A stretch of DNA of 64,000 nt from Spirochaetaceae bacterium. GTDB taxonomy: Bacteria; Spirochaetota; Spirochaetia; DSM-2461. The position numbers and the translations under genes are program-made. Location: contig OZ245056.1 in assembly GCA_965224705.1 (NCBI GenBank), positions 832,001-896,000 of the forward strand, given 5' to 3'. The notes under the pieces are model-generated. The model saw only the letters and a list, made by a program, of their open reading frames with translations, had not been told where the DNA came from and ran no database searches. Below are positions 10,522-19,876 of this stretch, piece after piece (within the stretch, counting starts at the first letter, position 1; each line of letters begins with the position of its first letter).

Positions 10522-12888
10522 ATGAAGTCCCTATTACGCTCGCCAAATGATGTCATGAAAATCGAGCGCATAGGTGCAATGCACCAGAGCAGATTTAGTT
10601 TTGCAAGAATATTTATCAAAAACGCAAATAAGAATTCCTGGAAAATCTCTCTGGAAAAATGGGATTTAGACGAAAAGGGCTTCGGCAATGTTATATATTC
10701 TGTTAACACACCGAAGCGGCTTTATCATCTAGTCATATTTAGCAATGAACTTGAAGATAGTGAGCGTAATGACAGGGTTATCGCCGATAAATGGGATGTC
10801 GCCTGTGCGCTGGTGCAAGGAAAAGTTTCAGACGAACTATTAATTGACCTATGGCAGAATGTACCTTTACAAGAGAAAGGAAGATACAACGAAAAAGTAT
10901 TAACAATTAGCAGGGCAAATAAGAGCGTTCGCCTCTTTGATCATATCATAGAAGCCCTCTCATCGGGCAGACAGCCGAATATCGCCATGTTGGAAAAGGT
11001 GGGTTATATAATACGAACGACTGCTGTCTATGGAAATGGGAAGTTTGGAATGCTTGACTATGATGGACTTCAGGATAACGAAGATTTCAATATTCCATTT
11101 CTCACACAAATGTGTGTCGTATACATCTTGCGCTCATTTAGTATTGATTGGATTAACTTTTTGGCGAAGCAAAAAAATCCCGAAAAAGCCGTGAAGTTCA
11201 ATGATACCCTTTCAAGATTTTTGGGTGTCGGAAATGCCACAGGTCTTGGAATGACACTTTTCTTATTGAGACATCCAAAAATTGTTGATAATTGGTTGTA
11301 TCAAAGAGAATGCGCATTGAATGAAATCATGGCGGAAGTTCCATCGTCGAAGCATATCGCAAAGATGCTTACCCTACTCGATAGAGCAAGCAAGCATCTA
11401 AAAACTGTAGTGACAATAGATGAAAAGCAGAAAAAGCTAAATCGAATCGCATCGAAAGAAATTCAAGATGTTATTCAGCATATTCAAAGCATTGTGAAGG
11501 ACGACAATATATGGAAGAACATCATTCGCTCAAATAAAAAGTTGAGCTATGAGGCGCAAGAAACCTTTTTATCCTGTTTGCTTGAAATATATCCAGAAAT
11601 TGTGGAACCATACGAACGAAAGATGAACAGCGATGAAAACGAGCTTACTCTCGATAATGTAACGATCGCCGATTTATTGCACATCATCAAAGCAAAGTAC
11701 CAATGGGCAATTAATATTGATTTTGAGAAACCAGATGCGAATTTTTATTTCTGGTATATCTCCGAAGAGAAAGAAGAACCGAGGCTTGGTTTAAGAAACG
11801 AAGACGACGGTGCTGAAAAGGAGTTGCCTCTTGATGTGGCTCGGCAGGCACGCTATCTATATTCGGCTATCAAGGGTTTGGATCCTTGTATGCTGTTGAG
11901 CGAGTTTTTACTCATGCATCCTCAGTTTTCAAGTATTGCGAGACGCATTTATACTATGTCTGCCTGTCCGCTTGGGGAGATACAGACCAATATATTGGAT
12001 AAAAACTTCTTCCCGATGTATCTCCTCAGAGGAAAACTATCTTTTCTTGGAGCGACGAAGTTTGACCCACGATCTGACAAATGGGTGCAGGTTACTTTTT
12101 TTCAGAATGCTCCATTGATAGATGAATTGGATAAGGATGATTGGCTCTTTCCCCTCCTGGATAAAGAGGAGGTTACCACGCAGCCAATCAATAGAAAAAG
12201 AATATCCCTCAATGAGATTTACACAATATCATCGAAAGCCTTTTTGGCTTTGAAGAGTGAAGTTGGAGAGGCTGAAAATACTGCGAAGTGTTTAATGAAT
12301 ATGCATAAAATTGATTTTGACGGAATCTCTCTATTTGTTGAGGCATCAAAGAATCTGCCGAAGAGACTAAGATCAAGGCAGGTAGAGTTTCAAGAAGACA
12401 GGGTTGTTGTTGACTTGCAAAATCAAAGCCTCCTGTACTTCGCTCCGATGGTAATTGATTACGCTCTCAGTCAGGTGACTTTGAATAAGGAGTTCAAAAT
12501 CATTTTCAAGCACTGCACTCATGAATGGTCCATCATAGGTTTTTTAATGTCAATGTCTCTTGAAAATGTGCACACGATGACCAGGTGGAATGAAGGTAAT
12601 AAGTGTGTATGCGCTATTTTTTCCCCCGACAATCCATGGGCGAATATCACCACGTGTGCGCCCTCCAATTCAAATAATGAATTGACAATGCTGCTGAGTT
12701 CAAAGAGTTTATCGCATAAGAAAAGACATCACGCATTATACTCTTCAAGGGAGCTTCAAAATCGCGCGTTGCGCTCTATGAAAAAGGGAGTGATGGTTGA
12801 AGGTGATACACTGAAAGAATTTACCTCCCTTTATAAGGGTTTGCTCGTAGAAGCAACAATAGATTCAAGAAAGGGCGCAGGGGCATAA
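10522..12888 (+). CDS. Uncharacterised 788-aa protein; ~550-aa unknown domain fused to a DUF3726-like C-terminal domain
   Basis: Long ORF coupled to the BCCT gene; C-terminal part (ISLNEI..SKAFL...GEA to LLVEAT..SRKGAG) resembles DUF3726 as recalled. Confidence 0.7.
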   Translation: MKSLLRSPNDVMKIERIGAMHQSRFSFARIFIKNANKNSWKISLEKWDLDEKGFGNVIYSVNTPKRLYHLVIFSNELEDSERNDRVIADKWDVACALVQGKVSDELLIDLWQNVPLQEKGRYNEKVLTISRANKSVRLFDHIIEALSSGRQPNIAMLEKVGYIIRTTAVYGNGKFGMLDYDGLQDNEDFNIPFLTQMCVVYILRSFSIDWINFLAKQKNPEKAVKFNDTLSRFLGVGNATGLGMTLFLLRHPKIVDNWLYQRECALNEIMAEVPSSKHIAKMLTLLDRASKHLKTVVTIDEKQKKLNRIASKEIQDVIQHIQSIVKDDNIWKNIIRSNKKLSYEAQETFLSCLLEIYPEIVEPYERKMNSDENELTLDNVTIADLLHIIKAKYQWAINIDFEKPDANFYFWYISEEKEEPRLGLRNEDDGAEKELPLDVARQARYLYSAIKGLDPCMLLSEFLLMHPQFSSIARRIYTMSACPLGEIQTNILDKNFFPMYLLRGKLSFLGATKFDPRSDKWVQVTFFQNAPLIDELDKDDWLFPLLDKEEVTTQPINRKRISLNEIYTISSKAFLALKSEVGEAENTAKCLMNMHKIDFDGISLFVEASKNLPKRLRSRQVEFQEDRVVVDLQNQSLLYFAPMVIDYALSQVTLNKEFKIIFKHCTHEWSIIGFLMSMSLENVHTMTRWNEGNKCVCAIFSPDNPWANITTCAPSNSNNELTMLLSSKSLSHKKRHHALYSSRELQNRALRSMKKGVMVEGDTLKEFTSLYKGLLVEATIDSRKGAGA

Positions 12889-13049
12889 GAGTCTGTCGGA
12901 CTTACGCCTCACGGCTCGATTTTTGCCCTTTTTTCCCGCTACCGCGTTGCCAAAATGCTCACGTAGCCCAGCTACGCTCCGCTTTTGCCGCCTTGTATCG
13001 GAAAAAAATCATCAAAAATCGCCTCGAAGCCTTAAAGTCCGACAGACTC
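12889..13049 (+). mobile_element. 161-bp palindromic MITE-like element, copy 2
   Basis: Perfect TIR GAGTCTGTCGGACTT/AAGTCCGACAGACTC; flanks ATAA/ATAG; starts right after the TAA of the upstream CDS. Confidence 0.9.
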
Positions 13050-13153
13050 ATAGAGCCTCGCAAAAATGATATATAATCTTTTTTGTGCGGGAAAAACATT
13101 GAAACCGGCAATCTCTTTATGTAACATAACATTCAAGTGAGGGCAAAATAAAC

Positions 13154-13531
13154 GTGAAAAAGGCTATTAAGACAAATCTATTTCAATCGAAAGCACCATT
13201 GGAATGGGCGATTGTTTCTGAAAACACGCTCTACACAGCGCAAATACCTATTGATGCCAACGGTGACTTAATAAATGGTGGTATTGACGAGCAGACGACA
13301 CAGTGCTTTGAGAATTTGAAGCACACCCTTGAGTGTGCAAATACCACATTGGATAATGTTTTGCAAGTGCTTATATATGTCACAGACAGATCATACTTGC
13401 AGCGGGTGAATGCAATCTATGCAACCTATTTCAACCCTCCCTATCCCAACAGGGCAGCCTTTGTTGTGAGTTCTTTGGCAAGAGAAGGGATGCTTGTTGA
13501 GTTTGTTGTGTATGCACATACCGAAGCATAA
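13154..13531 (+). CDS. RidA/YjgF/UK114 family protein
   Basis: 125 aa; QT.QCFENLK..LE, VN.IY..YF..PYPNRA and LVEF motifs. Confidence 0.9.
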   Translation: MKKAIKTNLFQSKAPLEWAIVSENTLYTAQIPIDANGDLINGGIDEQTTQCFENLKHTLECANTTLDNVLQVLIYVTDRSYLQRVNAIYATYFNPPYPNRAAFVVSSLAREGMLVEFVVYAHTEA

Positions 13532-13566
13532 ATGTATCAGGACAAAATCAAAATTATGGGGGTTTT

Positions 13567-15006
13567 ATGAGAATACAACATAGTTATATCAATGGGAAAT
13601 GGAAGCAGGGCGATCAGTCTATTTCCAACATCAACCCCTCTGATATTTCAGATAAGTTAGATGAGTTTTCACAAGCGAATGCAGCGCAGGTGAATGAGGC
13701 AATTTCGTCAGCCAAAGAAGCGCACAAAAATTGGTCAAAAACTCCACTAGAGCAGAGACAAAACATTTTGAAGAATATTGGTAGAGAGCTGATGAATCGA
13801 TCTGAAGAACTTGGGAAAATACTGAGTTTGGAAGAGGGAAAGAGCTTCGCCGAAGGCAAGGGAGAGGTGTTTCGTTCGGGACAGTTTTTCGACTATTTTG
13901 CAGGCGAAGTGTTACGGCAAATGGGCGAGACTGCCCAATCTGTACGACCCGATATTGATGTTGAGATAACGAGAGAAGCACTTGGAGTAGTGGGGATCAT
14001 TTCACCATGGAATTTTCCTATGGCAACAGCTGCATGGAAAATTGCGCCCGCTTTAGCATTCGGGAATTGCGTCGTTTGGAAACCCGCAAATCTTACTCCT
14101 GCAAGCGCAGTCGCATTGACCGAAATCATAGACAGGCAAAACCTCTCTGCAGGAGTGTTCAATCTCGTTTTGGGAAAAGGATCGGTTGCAGGTGATGCCT
14201 TGATAAATAATGAAGATATCGATGGTGTCACGTTTACGGGGTCAGTTTCGACTGGAAGAAGAATTGCCCAGGCAACATCGAAAAACTTCATCAAATGTCA
14301 ATTGGAAATGGGAAGCAAGAATGCTCTCGTCATTGCGGACGATGCAGATATGGAAACAGCCGTATCATCGGCAATTACCGGAGCATTTTCCGGCACAGGG
14401 CAGAAATGCACAGCATCTTCGAGAATCATCGTTGTAAAAAAGATATATGATGAATTCGTAGAAAAAATGATAGAGGCTGTAAAAACACTCAAAGTAGGAC
14501 ATGCACTACAAGAGGGTATTTTTATGGGACCTGTGGCAAGCCATGAACAATTGGAATCGAATATGAATTGGGTGAAAAAGATCAAAGATCACGGCGGAGT
14601 TTTAGCATGCGGCGGCAGCCTGCTTTCGCTCGAACATGAAGGTTACTATATGGCACCGACTCTCTTCATCGACACGAAAAATGAGTGGGAGGCAAATCAA
14701 GAAGAGATTTTTGCTCCTCTCGCCTGTGTGATAAAGGCGAATGACTTCGAGCATGCCGTTTCACTCGCAAACGATACACGATTTGGTCTCACCTCTGGTA
14801 TCGTTACACAGAGCCTAAAAAAGGCTACATTGTTTAAAAAACAGGCGCAATCGGGATGTGTAATGGTCAACCTTCCAACAGCCGGCACCGATTATCACGT
14901 GCCCTTCGGAGGTAGAAAAGAATCAAGTTATGGCCCAAGAGAGCAGGGGCAATATGCGAAAGAGTTTTATACAATTGTGAAAACTACGTATCAGAAACCT
15001 TCATGA
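13567..15006 (+). CDS. NAD(P)-dependent aldehyde dehydrogenase, alpha-ketoglutarate semialdehyde dehydrogenase-like
   Basis: PWNFP, FTGS, LEMGSKN, GQKCTA, EEIFAP and VPFGGRKESSYGPREQG motifs. Confidence 0.9.
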   Translation: MRIQHSYINGKWKQGDQSISNINPSDISDKLDEFSQANAAQVNEAISSAKEAHKNWSKTPLEQRQNILKNIGRELMNRSEELGKILSLEEGKSFAEGKGEVFRSGQFFDYFAGEVLRQMGETAQSVRPDIDVEITREALGVVGIISPWNFPMATAAWKIAPALAFGNCVVWKPANLTPASAVALTEIIDRQNLSAGVFNLVLGKGSVAGDALINNEDIDGVTFTGSVSTGRRIAQATSKNFIKCQLEMGSKNALVIADDADMETAVSSAITGAFSGTGQKCTASSRIIVVKKIYDEFVEKMIEAVKTLKVGHALQEGIFMGPVASHEQLESNMNWVKKIKDHGGVLACGGSLLSLEHEGYYMAPTLFIDTKNEWEANQEEIFAPLACVIKANDFEHAVSLANDTRFGLTSGIVTQSLKKATLFKKQAQSGCVMVNLPTAGTDYHVPFGGRKESSYGPREQGQYAKEFYTIVKTTYQKPS

Positions 15007-16001
15007 CGTATCACGAATCTATTGTTATTGATGGTTTACAATACTGCAAATGGGATGAAGAGTACTTCAGGTACTTAACAGAAAGCGGCATTACCGCAGT
15101 ACATGTGACACTTGTCTATCATGAGTTGGCGAAAGACACAATAAGGAATTTCATTCGATGGAACCGCTTCTTCGAGGAATATGCCCATTCGATTATCCAC
15201 ATCAAAAGTGCCAACGATATTTTGAATGCCAAAAAGGAAAAAAAAGTAGGTGTTTTTTTCGGTGCTCAAAACTGTTCCAGCATAGAAGATGATATTGGGC
15301 TCATTAAAGTATTCAGGCAATTAGGACTTCTCATCATGCAACTCACTTACAACAATCAAAGTTTGCTCGCAACTGGTTGTTTTGAAGAGAACGATACAGG
15401 CATTACCAGATTTGGGAGGCAGGTCATCAAGGAGATGAATCGAGCAGGAATGATTGTCGATATGTCTCATAGTGCCCAGCAGTCAACCCTGCAAGCCATT
15501 GATATTTCTTCAAGACCTATTTGCATCAGCCATGCGAACCCGTTGTTCGTACATACTTCGAAACGAAATAAATCCAGGGAAGTCATTCAGGCGCTCATCA
15601 GTAGAAAAGGGATTCTTGGGTTTAGCCTCTATCCATTTCACCTGCCAGATGGAGAGTCATGCACGATTGAACAATTCTGCGGCATGATTGCCAAAACTGC
15701 CGAATTGATAGGCGGGGTGGATGGACTCGCAATAGGCAGCGATCTATGTGCCAATCAACCGCAAGAGGTGCTTGATTGGATGCGTCGCGGCAGATGGTCA
15801 AATGAATTGGAATATGGCGAAGGCTCTTCTGCGAACATAGGATGGCCCAAACCACTTCCATGGTTTTGCGATGAGAAAGGAATGGAGAACATTTTTCAAG
15901 CACTTCTTAAACATGGGTTCCGTGATGATGATGTAAAAAAAATCATCGGAGAGAACTGGCTGAACTTCCTGGATGAATCTCTTGTGCCAATTTCGGGTTG
16001 A
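15003..16001 (+). CDS. Membrane dipeptidase (peptidase M19, amidohydrolase fold)
   Basis: IDGLQY, MQLTYN, VDMSH, SHAN, KRNK, IGSD and IIGENW motifs; ATGA overlap with the ALDH gene. Confidence 0.88.
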   Translation: MTYHESIVIDGLQYCKWDEEYFRYLTESGITAVHVTLVYHELAKDTIRNFIRWNRFFEEYAHSIIHIKSANDILNAKKEKKVGVFFGAQNCSSIEDDIGLIKVFRQLGLLIMQLTYNNQSLLATGCFEENDTGITRFGRQVIKEMNRAGMIVDMSHSAQQSTLQAIDISSRPICISHANPLFVHTSKRNKSREVIQALISRKGILGFSLYPFHLPDGESCTIEQFCGMIAKTAELIGGVDGLAIGSDLCANQPQEVLDWMRRGRWSNELEYGEGSSANIGWPKPLPWFCDEKGMENIFQALLKHGFRDDDVKKIIGENWLNFLDESLVPISG

Positions 16002-16155
16002 AATGACTATCCTCTGAAAGAAGACGGGACCATGAACCCGGAATGCCGCCAGGAAAGAAAATTCTGGGCAAAGTAATACGATTGCCCTGCGTTTTTTCAG
16101 GCATTGAGTGTATTACTCTTTGCTTATATGATAACTTAAGAGATCTCAATTCATC

Positions 16156-17310
16156 ATGCGTACCAGATACTTCCATCTAAACGGCGATAACACCAGTATC
16201 AAGGCTCTTATATATGAACAGCCCGATCATGGAATCTCAAAAAACGCCATAGAAATTGATGCCAGGAAGATATGCAATCGCCTGAAATCCCAGGGTCATG
16301 AAGCCTACATCGTGGGCGGAGCCATTAGAGATCTACTGTTGAAACATGAACCCAAGGATTTTGATATTGCAACTGATGCTCCCCCCGATCGAGTGAGGCG
16401 GCTATTCAGAAATTCCCGAATTATCGGTAAACGATTCCGTCTGATTCATGTTTATTATCCAGGTGGTAAAGTCCATGAAGTGGCTACTTTCCGATCTCTG
16501 GAATCAGCCAGTCACAGCCATATCTATGGAACACTCAATGAAGATGTCATGCGGCGAGATTTCACTCTGAATGCTCTTTATTTCGATACAGAAGAGGAGA
16601 CTGTGATAGATTTCGTAGGAGGAGTCAAGGATATCCGAAACAAAGTGGTGAAAAGCGTCCTTCCCTTAGAAACATCTTTTACTGATGATCCAGTACGCAT
16701 GCTCAGAGCCGTAAAGTATGCTGCCATGTCCGGATTTCGAATTGCGCCCTCAGTGGGCAGGAGAATAAAGCAGCAGTCTTCACTTTTATCAATGGCTTCA
16801 AACTCACGGCTTTCTGAAGAACTGTATAAAATTATAAAAAGTAGAAATGCTGAAATTATCTTCAGGCTGATGGATCGATATAAACTGATCCAGTACATGC
16901 TTCCTCATTTTGACATGGCATTTCGCCGCAATACAGGACGATCCAGATTACTGAAGGAAAACTTCTTCCTCAGCCTTGCAAAACTGGATCAGAAACTGAT
17001 ACAGAATGAAATCAGCCGGGGGACCATGATCCGATTCTTAACAGAAGAGATCCTGGTGTCTGCCGATGCTTTTGTAGAAAATGATAATTCACCGCCTCAG
17101 TTTTCTGAAGTTGTTCAGGCCCTCAAGATGCTGCTTCGACCTGTAATTCAGCCAAACAGGGATGTGGAGGAAGCCGTTCGTCTGATGTTTACCGAGCGAA
17201 ATCTGAAGCTGCCCAGGAAACGTCCCCGGCATTCCGACTCCCGTGCTGGAGGGCGGCAGCGTTACAGGGGGCGTCATCGGAAGGGATATCCTGCCGACAA
17301 ACCCAATTAA
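16156..17310 (+). CDS. pcnB: Poly(A) polymerase I
   Basis: VGGAIRDLL..PKDFDIAT; PAP signature IIGKRFRLIHV; RRDFTLNAL; DDPVRMLRA; basic C-terminal tail. Confidence 0.9.
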   Translation: MRTRYFHLNGDNTSIKALIYEQPDHGISKNAIEIDARKICNRLKSQGHEAYIVGGAIRDLLLKHEPKDFDIATDAPPDRVRRLFRNSRIIGKRFRLIHVYYPGGKVHEVATFRSLESASHSHIYGTLNEDVMRRDFTLNALYFDTEEETVIDFVGGVKDIRNKVVKSVLPLETSFTDDPVRMLRAVKYAAMSGFRIAPSVGRRIKQQSSLLSMASNSRLSEELYKIIKSRNAEIIFRLMDRYKLIQYMLPHFDMAFRRNTGRSRLLKENFFLSLAKLDQKLIQNEISRGTMIRFLTEEILVSADAFVENDNSPPQFSEVVQALKMLLRPVIQPNRDVEEAVRLMFTERNLKLPRKRPRHSDSRAGGRQRYRGRHRKGYPADKPN

Positions 17311-17312
17311 TT

Positions 17313-18356
17313 CTAATTCTGGATCTCGGGGTTTTCATGCTCGTCTGACACCCATTCCTTACCTCGCCTGGTAACCCCCGCAACAACCAGATCCAATTCC
17401 CCAATCATTATACCTGTAAACTTTTCAATCCGGTTTACGGTGTATTTTTGCAGTGCGTGGAGGCTGCCAGTCAGTTCATTGTCATAAGGTATTTCGATCT
17501 CAGCACGCACATTGTAAACACCTTTATGAGGACGAATCCTTATCTTTTTGACTGTGAGTTCTTCATTGAATTCATCCGCACAGTGAGCGATCAACTGCCC
17601 TATTGCCTGCTCACTTATAGAGATTTTTCCTCTTGACTCATTATGAAAGGACGGTTGCACAACTGCCTTTTCATAGATCTTTTGAGAGGTTTTCCTGTGA
17701 CTGCCGAATCCTCTGCCCATCTTGAAGAGTATTCTGATGGATTTTGAAAGGAGCTGTGGATAATCTCTTTCCACCTGTATCAAGGGTACAGGGATTACAT
17801 GTTTGCCTTCTTCATTTCGTGAACGCAGGGCCTTTTCAATGTCTTCTGTCGTGGATATTTCTTCAATTTGGATGACTCTTACTGGAGGTGGAAGTTGAAG
17901 GCGTTCCGCTGTTCGGGCAATCATGCGCTCTGATGTACCAAGCAGGAGAATTTTTTTTATCTTCCTTGATTGAATAGCTTTAATCATTTCATGTCTGTGC
18001 AGGGGATCATCAAAGAGAGCTGTTCGAATCGCACTCATATATACTTTTTCACGTTTTGCCGACTTGCCTGCGACAATATTGTTCTCGTGAATCATCAATC
18101 CATCGTCAATGATGTAGTCAATTTTGAATTTCTCAGCGATGAGCTTGGCCCGAAAACTCTTGCCTGTACCGCTCTTACCAACTAAGGCATAGACACGAAT
18201 TCCTCCCATAAGGGTTTTCAGTCTGTCCCAAAGGTGTGCTCGACGGCGAATCCTTATGTCATTGCCCATTTCTGACCTCTCCATATTCTGACGCATTGCT
18301 TGACAAGGTTCCATCCCCTGGTAAGAATACCGATGTGCCAGCAGTGAGATTCCCAA
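17313..18356 (-). CDS. P-loop domain fused to an Asp23/Gls24 envelope-stress domain (true start probably downstream of the ORF start)
   Basis: ALVGKSGTGKSFRA Walker A; IIDDGL; GKHVIPVP; C-terminal Asp23-like LQ......IEKFTG. Confidence 0.7.
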   Translation of the reverse strand: MGISLLAHRYSYQGMEPCQAMRQNMERSEMGNDIRIRRRAHLWDRLKTLMGGIRVYALVGKSGTGKSFRAKLIAEKFKIDYIIDDGLMIHENNIVAGKSAKREKVYMSAIRTALFDDPLHRHEMIKAIQSRKIKKILLLGTSERMIARTAERLQLPPPVRVIQIEEISTTEDIEKALRSRNEEGKHVIPVPLIQVERDYPQLLSKSIRILFKMGRGFGSHRKTSQKIYEKAVVQPSFHNESRGKISISEQAIGQLIAHCADEFNEELTVKKIRIRPHKGVYNVRAEIEIPYDNELTGSLHALQKYTVNRIEKFTGIMIGELDLVVAGVTRRGKEWVSDEHENPEIQN

Positions 18357-18376
18357 CTATCAAGCACAAAAAAAGC

Positions 18377-19876
18377 ATGATCAGGCTTTCATTACTCTCT
18401 ATTGTTATAATCATAACAGTGTGTACAGGAGTGGTACTCCACAGTCATTCCCAAAGATCCCAGTATTGGCCGGGATGGTATATCTTGCGTGTGCCATCAG
18501 AAGTCGATGAAAAAAAGGTTATTGAAACACTGGAAATGCATGACATCGACAATTTCAAAGCCCCTTCCACAACGACTATCCAATACATGGCCATTCCCGA
18601 TATGCAATCCATAACAGTTAATCAGATTGACAATGTACTGGTTAAGGGGGATCCCCGCCGGGATCCCTTTCTGCAAAATGTTGAGAATCTTTTCCTTTCC
18701 GGTGATTCCTACATCATCTATCTCCCGGCCTCCCGAAGCATTACCACGTATCGGAAGATCATCAGAGAATCACCCATACTTGAAAACACAGTTCTGCTGG
18801 ATGATGTAAGACGCCGCAATTTCCTTGTTTTGTGGTTATTTCTATTCCTCATTGGGGGGCTTGGCTGCATGCTGCCATGCAATCCCGCAGCCTTTCTCAC
18901 TTCATCTCTTCCCATGGGTTTAATCGTCCTTGTCAGTGGTTTAACCTCCGTTTTCATCTGCCTTTCTTTATGCAGTTTCGCAGTGTGTCGATATGTTTTT
19001 GGCCGATTATCGGCTGTCATTTCTGTGACTGGCAGCCTGATTGTGATTTATACAGCCTGGGTTCAGTTCCCTCTGTGGGTTTTTTTGGTTTTGATCATTG
19101 CCGCATCCGGCACTGAAATCCTGTCATTTGGATTACACAGATCTCAGGACGCCGTGCCAGATCATGAAAAATCGACTCCCGGAATCACTCAGCGCTATAA
19201 AAGAAGAGATCACCAACTGTTTGAACCAGTATTTTTGACACAGCGGCCAGACCCTCCCCGCTTACCAAAAAGGTGGAGAACCACGATTATAAACAATCTC
19301 TCAGTTGTGTTGATTCTTCCATTTACAATAATGGTGTATCAATCCAGAAGTCATGAACCTGTGCCTGCTGCCTACAATCCTTCCGGTAACTATGAATCCA
19401 TATCGGCCCTTCATGCCCTGAATACCGGAACCAAACCTGACAACCTGCCTGATATCTCAGATCTTATTTCATCCATTGCCTATCAGGAGGGATTGATGAA
19501 TGGCGCACAATTCAAATTGCCCATTCCGGGAACCAGACTCCAGAAGAATCAATACCGCCAGGAAGGCAGGAAAATCATCTCCCAGCCAATTTCGGTCGTG
19601 AATTATGATGCCCGGTGGTATCGCCAGACAATACTCCAGGCTTTTTCTCAGGGCATTGGAACTCTATATTCTACCCATAGTGGTCCATCCCGGATAATTC
19701 ATGCTGTTCAGCCAATGGATGCAATCACGATGCCTCCATTCCTTCTCCAGGTACTGATCGTGCTGATGCTGCTTTGCACTTTGAATTTCTCCAGTTTCCG
19801 GTATGAGGGGCTGCTGAAACTTGGAAACAGATTTCTCCTGATTAGAAATATCAATAAGAAAGCTGAGGCAGCATGA
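18377..19876 (+). CDS. Hypothetical membrane protein, coupled to rnfC
   Basis: Long ORF with several hydrophobic segments; ATGA overlap with rnfC; start uncertain. Confidence 0.65.
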   Translation: MIRLSLLSIVIIITVCTGVVLHSHSQRSQYWPGWYILRVPSEVDEKKVIETLEMHDIDNFKAPSTTTIQYMAIPDMQSITVNQIDNVLVKGDPRRDPFLQNVENLFLSGDSYIIYLPASRSITTYRKIIRESPILENTVLLDDVRRRNFLVLWLFLFLIGGLGCMLPCNPAAFLTSSLPMGLIVLVSGLTSVFICLSLCSFAVCRYVFGRLSAVISVTGSLIVIYTAWVQFPLWVFLVLIIAASGTEILSFGLHRSQDAVPDHEKSTPGITQRYKRRDHQLFEPVFLTQRPDPPRLPKRWRTTIINNLSVVLILPFTIMVYQSRSHEPVPAAYNPSGNYESISALHALNTGTKPDNLPDISDLISSIAYQEGLMNGAQFKLPIPGTRLQKNQYRQEGRKIISQPISVVNYDARWYRQTILQAFSQGIGTLYSTHSGPSRIIHAVQPMDAITMPPFLLQVLIVLMLLCTLNFSSFRYEGLLKLGNRFLLIRNINKKAEAA

